Part shown: positions 57,324 through 64,000 of the stretch, one piece after another
Position numbering within the stretch: the stretch's first letter is position 1
Layout of the letters: each line of letters opens with the position of its first letter
From: a virus
Strand: one strand, 5' to 3'
Length of the DNA: 64,000 bases
Virus record (IMG/VR): IMGVR_UViG_3300032322_001069
Location: 13,970-77,969 of that record
Notes under the pieces: generated by a model
Seen by the model: the letters and a program-made list of their open reading frames with translations, nothing else
Databases searched by the model: none
Told to the model about the DNA's origin: nothing
Program-made: the position numbers and the translations under genes

Positions 57324-58073
57324 TTAATTACTAAAATAATGACTACGAACAATTTTATAATATTCAGGATCTTCTTTTTCTGAAGCTCCTCTCCATGTAC
57401 GAATCATAGTATTTAGTTCGTTTGGAGTCATACCATCTTTGTAGTTGATTTTCTTTTCTTTTGCCAATCCTTGAATTGCAAGATCACCTAATTGCATGTG
57501 CAAATTGTGATGCTCTTCACCACTCAATGTTCCTTCTTGTCCTAAACCAAATTGAGGATGGTTAGTTTTTGATTTTAAGAAGGCTGAACCCTGCTGAATA
57601 AATTTATCTGTAAAATCTTTAATTGGTGCAAATTTTTCTGGGTGATTATTTATCAATCCCTTCACAAGACCTTTTGTCAGTTGGTAGGGTCCATATGCAC
57701 TAGATGTCCCACCACCCGCTTTAGTGCGAATCATAAGTCTGGGATCATATTGTGTATGATTTATATTTTTATTGCCGCGATGTTCAGCCTTTGCAATTCC
57801 ACCAAGGAACTTCTCAATGCTTGGATGTGAGAATTCATATGCAGCAGTTTGCTGCACTGGTGCTGGCTGTGCTTGTGGTGCTGCTTGTGGCTTGGCTGGG
57901 GCTGGCTTTGCCGCCATTGGCCTCTGTGGGGCCTGCTGGGGAGCGGAAGCCTGTGCTGGCTTGTTAAAGGCCCCAAATCGCTTATAACCACCATAACCAA
58001 ATAGTCCAGCCCCTAAAGTCGCCATTCCAAGAACTGCTGCCATGAATTTTTTATCAACTTTAGCTTTAGCCAT
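57324..58073 (-). CDS. putative lysozyme-like/transglycosylase with N-terminal hydrophobic anchor and Pro/Ala/Gln linker
   Basis: I-x2-E followed by SSAYGPYQ-T, typical of the lysozyme-like fold; N-terminal hydrophobic helix. Confidence 0.6.
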   Translation of the reverse strand: MAKAKVDKKFMAAVLGMATLGAGLFGYGGYKRFGAFNKPAQASAPQQAPQRPMAAKPAPAKPQAAPQAQPAPVQQTAAYEFSHPSIEKFLGGIAKAEHRGNKNINHTQYDPRLMIRTKAGGGTSSAYGPYQLTKGLVKGLINNHPEKFAPIKDFTDKFIQQGSAFLKSKTNHPQFGLGQEGTLSGEEHHNLHMQLGDLAIQGLAKEKKINYKDGMTPNELNTMIRTWRGASEKEDPEYYKIVRSHYFSN

Positions 58074-58092
58074 ACTCAATATATATTCCTAT

Positions 58093-60345
58093 ATGAACAA
58101 CTTCTTGCGTGGATTCGGAAATTTTAAAAAGAACGAAAACGGCATAACAGAATATGTCGATTATCTTGGTACAAAGTATACTTTTGATCCTACCACAAAA
58201 AAATGGAAAAGCAATGGTAGAGTTCTAACAGAAAACTATTTACAAGATTTAGAATTAAGCGAACAAGAAGGTGTCGGTGACGCAGCAGATGATTCTGGTG
58301 GGGGTAAGAAAAGATCAATGGCTGCTCCTGTAACAAGTGCAATTGTAGGTGTTGCTGATTATACTGGTATGCCAGAATCAATTACATCTGCTTTAGATTA
58401 TGAAGTATGGGCAACAACTTGGGTAGAAATGTTCGATTATGCTCAGTCGCAATATGAATTTGGAAATCCATCATATAATTATCATTCTGTTGTTTCATCT
58501 GTAGATATACGAGGAAATGAATATAATGGATTTAGACCCCCAGAAGATGTATCTGCTACCAGCATACCATCAGTTTACATAGATGAATTTAAAGATAAAT
58601 TTGATTTGATACCAGCAGGAAGAAGAGCAATAAAGGCTTGGTATTGGTTGCCTGATGTTGGCTGTTATACAAATCGTCATCATGAATATTATAAAATTCC
58701 AGACGGAACAACATATTTAAATGAAAGAGTTTTGACATGTTGGCTTGATCAAAATTCTGATGATTGTGCAGATTCATTTGAAGCATTTTTAATTAAATGC
58801 AGAGATGCTGGTTTTACTTTTGATTATATAATCAATGACCAAGAAGCACAGGATAATTACTGGATTGATGGAAGAAATTCTTATGCTTATTCTGAAGTTC
58901 CTACAACACCACAAGATGAAGCACAAGCCGACGCAAGAAGAATATCTGCAATTGTAGCTGACGATAGTTTTGATCTGTATGTAAATCCGGTAACAAATAA
59001 AACTTTTGCAGAAGAATTCATGGAAAATTATCAGGCTATAAGAACACAAACGCCTGGATATACTGCCGATCCAAGAACAATAGAACAAATTTTAGCTCCA
59101 TTTCTTGGAGTTACAGGAATTACAAATTATGTTTCAACCCAAACATATTGGCAGGCATATGGATGTGCTGGTGGATGTGAACCTGATGGGCGTACAATCG
59201 GTGGGTTAACACATCCAGAAGGATATAATCTCTATTTCCATGTTGCTCCTGCATGGAGAGCAACTGCGGATTCGTGGCATTATAATGTTTATCTGAAAAA
59301 ATTTAGAGATGTTCCACAACAGGTATCTGATTTTGAACATGTTATTCATATGGAATATAATGTAGATCCTGTTAATGAAGTAGAAGCAAGATTTTATCAA
59401 GGAAGCAATTTAGAGGTATATTATCAAAAACCAGTATTAAATACTTATAGTGGAATGAGTAGATATTTTGCTGGATTCTATAATTTAGTTTATCCTAATT
59501 ATAATTTTCCGATTGCTTATGCCCTAGGAGGCCCCGGTTCAACATGGGCAAATACAAATGCATCTAGAAGCGGATATGTTTTAAATCCACAAGATGACAC
59601 TGAAAGATATAATTTTTGTGGATATTTAGTCAATGATTATAAGGGTCCTGCTGGTGAACAGGGACTAGTGAGATATCCAGAAACAATTCCATATGATATA
59701 AATGGCGAAAGAGATGATGCTCTTATACCTGAATGGGAAACAGAATATAATTTTAAAACTTTAGTCAATTTAATTAAATTGACTCGTCTTCATTTAAGAA
59801 GCGATCCTACTCATTGGCAAAGATTTGCTCCGTGGGTAGCTTATGCTTCTTATATTGATGCAAGATGGGCATCCGGGGATGTTGGATATTATCATGAATT
59901 ATTAAGACATATTCTTGTGCATGGGGCAAGAATTTTTCAAATATTTTCTTCAGATTACAATCCATTCCAAGTAAGCATAATTCATGATATTTTAGATGAA
60001 TGGAGACATATAAGTGGAAACTCCAGAGCACAACCGTGTTCAAATTCTACAGGTTCGGTTGATGATTTAGTTGATAGAGTATTACTACATGAAGCGTTTG
60101 AAAATGTGCTTGTAAGCGGAGGAAGATTAGTAAATAATCCAAACGAATATATTTGGAGAATATCCGTTGCTCCAAAACATTTTGTGAATAATATTTGCAC
60201 TCTTTATAGGCAGAATGATGATTCGGATTTACCTGAAACTATAACAATAGATAAAACTTCCGCTGCTGGTCAAAGAAGGGGAGTTTGGATAAGAAGATTT
60301 ACGCAAGGAGTTCCGCAATATGCAGTTGCAGGATATAATCCTTAA
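58093..60345 (+). CDS. large Tyr/Trp-rich hypothetical protein (about 750 aa)
   Basis: Long ORF divergent from 58073 across a shared TATATA box; start reassigned to ATG 58093. Confidence 0.75.
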   Translation: MNNFLRGFGNFKKNENGITEYVDYLGTKYTFDPTTKKWKSNGRVLTENYLQDLELSEQEGVGDAADDSGGGKKRSMAAPVTSAIVGVADYTGMPESITSALDYEVWATTWVEMFDYAQSQYEFGNPSYNYHSVVSSVDIRGNEYNGFRPPEDVSATSIPSVYIDEFKDKFDLIPAGRRAIKAWYWLPDVGCYTNRHHEYYKIPDGTTYLNERVLTCWLDQNSDDCADSFEAFLIKCRDAGFTFDYIINDQEAQDNYWIDGRNSYAYSEVPTTPQDEAQADARRISAIVADDSFDLYVNPVTNKTFAEEFMENYQAIRTQTPGYTADPRTIEQILAPFLGVTGITNYVSTQTYWQAYGCAGGCEPDGRTIGGLTHPEGYNLYFHVAPAWRATADSWHYNVYLKKFRDVPQQVSDFEHVIHMEYNVDPVNEVEARFYQGSNLEVYYQKPVLNTYSGMSRYFAGFYNLVYPNYNFPIAYALGGPGSTWANTNASRSGYVLNPQDDTERYNFCGYLVNDYKGPAGEQGLVRYPETIPYDINGERDDALIPEWETEYNFKTLVNLIKLTRLHLRSDPTHWQRFAPWVAYASYIDARWASGDVGYYHELLRHILVHGARIFQIFSSDYNPFQVSIIHDILDEWRHISGNSRAQPCSNSTGSVDDLVDRVLLHEAFENVLVSGGRLVNNPNEYIWRISVAPKHFVNNICTLYRQNDDSDLPETITIDKTSAAGQRRGVWIRRFTQGVPQYAVAGYNP

Positions 60346-60788
60346 TCTTCTTCAATATCTTTGAATCTTCCTCTGATAGCTCCAGGAGATTGTGGATCAA
60401 TTCCAAATTGAACGAAGTCTCTTGGAGTGTTGAAGAACATGCTTGGCTTACGAGAGAACTTCTTCTTGGCTCTTTCTTTTTGACTTTCTGCTGTTCCAAG
60501 AATTCTGAGCAAATTATTTACCTTGCCCATGATGTTTTCACTCGACTGTGGATTTTCAATATCAGTCATTCTATTCATCGTTCCGCACGAATCCGCGAAT
60601 CCGCCCTGAAGAATATCCATCTTTGCGTTTTTTCCAAACTTAGGAGCCATAAAATGATGTTCGTCAGTTCCAGCAGAATTTTTTCCACTACCGACATATT
60701 CGAAGCCTTGCTTCTTCATCATTTCCAAAGCTTCTTGAGAAAGAATTCCGGTAGTTGTAATGTGTCCGTATTTATTTGGTGAGTTCAT
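60342..60788 (-). CDS. hypothetical protein
   Basis: 148 aa; GAGG RBS; coupled to the upstream gene. Confidence 0.6.
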   Translation of the reverse strand: MNSPNKYGHITTTGILSQEALEMMKKQGFEYVGSGKNSAGTDEHHFMAPKFGKNAKMDILQGGFADSCGTMNRMTDIENPQSSENIMGKVNNLLRILGTAESQKERAKKKFSRKPSMFFNTPRDFVQFGIDPQSPGAIRGRFKDIEED

Positions 60789-60789
60789 A

Positions 60790-62010
60790 TTAACCTCTTA
60801 GATAAATTCCTCTAATGAAAATTTGAAGAGATTCTTTTAGTTTCTGGCCACCAATTGTTACTGGAACTGTTTTTGGTGCTTTTCCTGCTGCTCTTACTGC
60901 ATCAACATCAATGGTGTGACCATCGCCCATATCTACAGCAAATTCTCCTGCTGTTTCCAGATCCTTTTTTCCGCCCTTCAGCCGCAAACCAGCAACAGTA
61001 CCTCTGACAACAACGGCTCCTGGATTGTCCTTTTCTGCTTGCTTAAATGCTCCAGAAGCTTCTGCTAGTTCTTTATCCTTGAATCTTAAATCGTGTTCGT
61101 CACCATCAACAACAACAGCAACATGTGGTACTCCTTCATGAGTCCATTTCAAATACTTTGGTAATTGTGCTGGTGGTCTATAGTTTCTTTTTCCTTCAGT
61201 CCCTCTAGCAGCAAGAGTTTTGAAAACCATTGCGCCACTTCCACCTTGGCGAAGAACATGATGTAAGTCTTCCCAATTTTCACTATCTCCAACAAGACCA
61301 GTACTTGATAGTGTCAGATGATAATTATCTGGAAATTTCTTTAAACTTTTATCTGGATTCATCATTCTATTTGCAATTTTGGTATAATCATAAAATTTTA
61401 CACCTTTATGTTTTTCAAATAGTTCTGGAGCATGTTGTTCCCAGACTAAATCCGAAACAACATTCAAGCGCATTACTGGCTGTTTGCCGCCTTCAGTTGC
61501 AGTTGTAGAATGATGCTCAATTGCCGCATCAAGACCGTGCATGAATTCTTTCGTATGGTCGAGTAAAAGATTTGTTCTATGGCCTCTTGCCCCTTGTGAC
61601 ATTGCTCCTCTGCCTTTCATGTTGAGGCAAACAGTTTCACATTCAACTGTAGCACAAGGACACATGTTGATTCTTCCAGACTTTTTAGCAGGAAGAAGAG
61701 TCAAACCTTTAGTATGATAATCACCAAACTTTACTCCGCTCTTTTCAAGCTTTGGATTTGCTGCTTGATCGGTTAAGAAAACTCTACCAGTTTTAATTAC
61801 TCTTCCATCAGCTGTTCTTTTGTTTCTAAACATTCGTTGAAACATTTCTCTACCAGCTTTTGATTTCTCTGGATGAGGAAGTTCTTTTGAAGCTTCTCTC
61901 ATTGCAGCATTTAGTTTGGAATAAGAAACATTACCTGTTTCTGGAGTGTAAACTTTACCATCCCAACCTTCCATTAAGGAACGAATAAATTTTGCTTTGT
62001 TTGATAGCAT
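60790..62010 (-). CDS. gp88-like (GP88 family) Cys-motif protein
   Basis: NPKL-K, L-PA, CP-A-x2-C-x3-CL-G, RLNV-SD, FYDYTK, NYHLT-S, GD-DLRF-D, GL-KG. Confidence 0.7.
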   Translation of the reverse strand: MLSNKAKFIRSLMEGWDGKVYTPETGNVSYSKLNAAMREASKELPHPEKSKAGREMFQRMFRNKRTADGRVIKTGRVFLTDQAANPKLEKSGVKFGDYHTKGLTLLPAKKSGRINMCPCATVECETVCLNMKGRGAMSQGARGHRTNLLLDHTKEFMHGLDAAIEHHSTTATEGGKQPVMRLNVVSDLVWEQHAPELFEKHKGVKFYDYTKIANRMMNPDKSLKKFPDNYHLTLSSTGLVGDSENWEDLHHVLRQGGSGAMVFKTLAARGTEGKRNYRPPAQLPKYLKWTHEGVPHVAVVVDGDEHDLRFKDKELAEASGAFKQAEKDNPGAVVVRGTVAGLRLKGGKKDLETAGEFAVDMGDGHTIDVDAVRAAGKAPKTVPVTIGGQKLKESLQIFIRGIYLRG

Positions 62011-62037
62011 ACTCATTATTTATGATAAATAAGTTGT

Positions 62038-62379
62038 ATGCTATCATTTAGACAATTCATCATCGAACAAACCACTCCCCCCGATCCTAGCTGGATGTCA
62101 AGCGAATCACAGCCAAGAAAGCATCCTCTCAAGGCTCCTGCTGACATCAAGGAACTTGGCAAGTTTCATGGAATGAATGCACATGACTTCCATCCAATTT
62201 ATGCAAACAATCCACATTACCAAGAAGGTTATATGCACGGGGCTATGATGGTAAAAAGAGCAGAGGAAGAAGGACCAGACGGTATGACTGATGAAGAAAA
62301 ACAAGAACTTGCTGCAATGCAGGCTGATATGGATAGGTTTGGAAGTGAAGAAGAGTGGCGAAGAGCAACAGGAAACTGA
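62038..62379 (+). CDS. candidate internal head protein (MLSFRQFIIE N-terminus)
   Basis: Capsid-targeting-like N-terminus; TAAATA box 6 nt upstream; terminator downstream. Confidence 0.7.
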   Translation: MLSFRQFIIEQTTPPDPSWMSSESQPRKHPLKAPADIKELGKFHGMNAHDFHPIYANNPHYQEGYMHGAMMVKRAEEEGPDGMTDEEKQELAAMQADMDRFGSEEEWRRATGN

Positions 62380-62382
62380 AAC

Positions 62383-62414
62383 AAAAAACCCCGAATCTCT
62401 TCGGGGTTTTTTTT
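62383..62414. terminator. bidirectional rho-independent terminator
   Basis: AAAAAA-CCCCGAA-TCTC-TTCGGGG-TTTTTTTT. Confidence 0.92.
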
Positions 62415-62418
62415 ATTC

Positions 62419-63258
62419 TTACTTGCCAGTTATATGTCTATGTAATTCGCCAGCCAATCTATCGGCAAAATTTTCTTCATTGTCCATTACAATTTGTTCA
62501 TAGTGTGGATGTTCTGAAACATCGAATCCGTAATCTCCTTCATCGTAAATTCTACTTTCAAGAGAATAATTGCCATCAATTGCGTGTGGTCTAATTGCTT
62601 CAACCGCAGCAGAAGCATCTGTGTGTGGACCTGTTGCGTTTAAAATTTCTCTAATATGGGCTGCGGAAGCTTCTTTATCTGGTCTACGAGTTTTCGGATC
62701 AGTTTTATGTGGATACTGAGTAGCACGGTCTGCAAGAAAATCTACAATCCTCTGATGAGTATCGCTATTTTCATTTAGACTATGACGAATATATGATTCA
62801 GATAGTTGATGAATCCAAGATTTATTATTTTTCATATTATTATTTATATTTTCTACTTTAAGACCAGCCATGCGATTTACAGTTTCTCTAGCGTCCATTG
62901 GAGCACTAGTTGAAATTGCTGCAATTGCTGCTTCTGGATCAACTCCGTGCTTCTTGGCAACAAGACGAATTGCTTGTACTGGATCTGTTACTGTTTTAGC
63001 AACATCACCCAAATGGGCAAGTATGCTCAAATGCTCTGGATCTTCATCCCCATAAAATGGTTGTCCTGGATATTTTTTGAGGGCTTTAGCACCAGGTATG
63101 CTGGAAATTGCATTTGCAGCAATTTGATGGGCTGATCTTGCTGATCTTTCAATTTCTCTATTTTGTTTTTTATCCGTAGATGTAGGCTTCATTTTTTTAG
63201 CTTCATCTAACTGAGTGTATGATTTAGAAATAGATCTAATCCAATTATTATTTGTCAT
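62419..63258 (-). CDS. tandem two-module protein (candidate internal head protein) with a nested start at 62835
   Basis: Two similar leaders MTNNNWIRSISKSY-LDE and MKNNKSWIHQLSESY-LNE. Confidence 0.7.
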   Translation of the reverse strand: MTNNNWIRSISKSYTQLDEAKKMKPTSTDKKQNREIERSARSAHQIAANAISSIPGAKALKKYPGQPFYGDEDPEHLSILAHLGDVAKTVTDPVQAIRLVAKKHGVDPEAAIAAISTSAPMDARETVNRMAGLKVENINNNMKNNKSWIHQLSESYIRHSLNENSDTHQRIVDFLADRATQYPHKTDPKTRRPDKEASAAHIREILNATGPHTDASAAVEAIRPHAIDGNYSLESRIYDEGDYGFDVSEHPHYEQIVMDNEENFADRLAGELHRHITGK

Positions 63259-63287
63259 ACTTTATGTATAATAAAGAAACAAAATTT

Positions 63288-63341
63288 CTTGTTGATCGCC
63301 TACACAGCGAAGTGTATCGACCAAGGGATGTTTTGTCAATT
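63288..63341 (-). repeat. 54-bp dispersed element, copy 2
   Basis: Reverse complement reads AATTGACAAAA-CATCCCTTGG-TCGATACACTTCGCTGTGTAGGCGATCAACAAG, matching 7790-7843. Confidence 0.9.
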
Positions 63342-63533
63342 AAAATTATATGCAGGAACATTCAGGCCAAGTTGGTTCATTCTGGCCTGTCTCCAGTTAG
63401 AAACCCAAATCTCTATCTCTTCTGGAGTTTGACCTTGAAGACCTGATCGAAAAGCTTCTTCTTCGTTTTTTATTTTATTTAAAAAATTTTGTTCAGAATT
63501 TTGTTCCGAAAGAAACTGAGAGAAAGAAAGCAT
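63336..63533 (-). CDS. candidate internal head protein (MLSFSQFLSE N-terminus)
   Basis: 65 aa; shares the N-terminal motif; coupled to the upstream gene. Confidence 0.65.
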   Translation of the reverse strand: MLSFSQFLSEQNSEQNFLNKIKNEEEAFRSGLQGQTPEEIEIWVSNWRQARMNQLGLNVPAYNFN

Positions 63534-63534
63534 C

Positions 63535-63810
63535 TCAGCAATTCCATGCTCTCAAGGACTTATTGATTCTTGAGTCAGGATCATTTGCAGTCTTTTTACT
63601 TGTCAGCTTCTTCTTCATACCCTTCATTCTGGCACAGAAAGAGTCTCTACGCTTTCCACCTTCAGGCTGTGGTCTTTTCAGATCACTTCCTGGGTTTTCT
63701 CTCTCATAGGCTTTACGACCCTTTTCATTCAATCCACCTTCAGGATCTTTTCCTTCTTTTCGTTGCCATGCACCAGTTTTTTCAGTTAAGTATTGTTTGA
63801 ATGAAAGCAT
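63535..63810 (-). CDS. conserved basic phage protein (DUF6321-like) with MLSFKQYLTE N-terminus
   Basis: AWQRKEGK-P-GGLN-KGR, SFCARM-GMK, D-SRINKSLR-W-C; TAAATA box 5 nt upstream. Confidence 0.8.
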   Translation of the reverse strand: MLSFKQYLTEKTGAWQRKEGKDPEGGLNEKGRKAYERENPGSDLKRPQPEGGKRRDSFCARMKGMKKKLTSKKTANDPDSRINKSLRAWNC

Positions 63811-64000
63811 GTAACTATTTAGCTAAACTCATTAAAAAGGGTATAGAGTAACAAATAGAGAAAAGAATAAAGAAGAACCAAAAGAGTACCTTTCTAATAA
63901 GAGGGGGAATCTTTGGAAGGGGACCCATGAAATTATTTAGGGGGTCCCTTTTTATTTTTGGGAGTCTCTGAGGGGGGACCCTATTTTTTAGGAAGGGGGG

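Noticed and set aside
281-63800. Many short ORFs antisense or out of frame to core genes (e.g. 4990-5385, 11009-11467, 46618-47163, 51319-51708)
   Set aside because: Shadow ORFs overlapping well-supported genes, with no RBS, promoter or motif support.
1-64000. Stop-codon reassignment (alternative genetic code)
   Set aside because: Core genes are full length in code 11, and TAA, TAG and TGA all end conserved genes at the expected C-termini.

Overview
This window is about 64 kb of a T4-like (Tevenvirinae-related) myovirus genome. It is AT-rich, reads normally in genetic code 11, and most genes are on the minus strand. Left to right it contains: two glycosyltransferases (GT11, GT25); the replication/late-transcription block (regA, gp62, gp44, gp45, gp46, gp47, gp55, uvsW, uvsY); the head, packaging and neck block (gp3, gp23, gp22, gp21, gp20, two gp19, two gp18, gp17, gp16, gp15, gp14, gp13); a divergent baseplate block (gp8, gp7, gp6, gp25, split gp27-like, gp53, gp48 | gp4, gp54, gp26, gp51); gp32 and gp33; an accessory region (nucleotidyltransferase, four tRNAs including Ile-UAU, a zinc deaminase, a DenV-like protein, GMP reductase); two giant Cys-rich ORFs; and several ORFs with capsid-targeting-like N-termini. 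Most notable observations: (1) G-x-T motifs are enriched in virion-surface proteins in a genome that encodes glycosyltransferases, suggesting virion glycosylation; (2) Cys-rich virion proteins are each followed by a paralogous small Cys-cluster protein; (3) a 54-bp promoter-containing element occurs twice, inverted, about 55 kb apart; (4) degenerate TA(A/C/T)ATA late promoters sit 4-6 nt from start codons, implying leaderless late mRNAs; (5) the tail module is duplicated and reduced, with no recognisable gp5; (6) a nucleotidyltransferase and a gp88-like enzyme are candidate capsid-packaged cargo. All calls come from reading the sequence by eye; no database searches were run.
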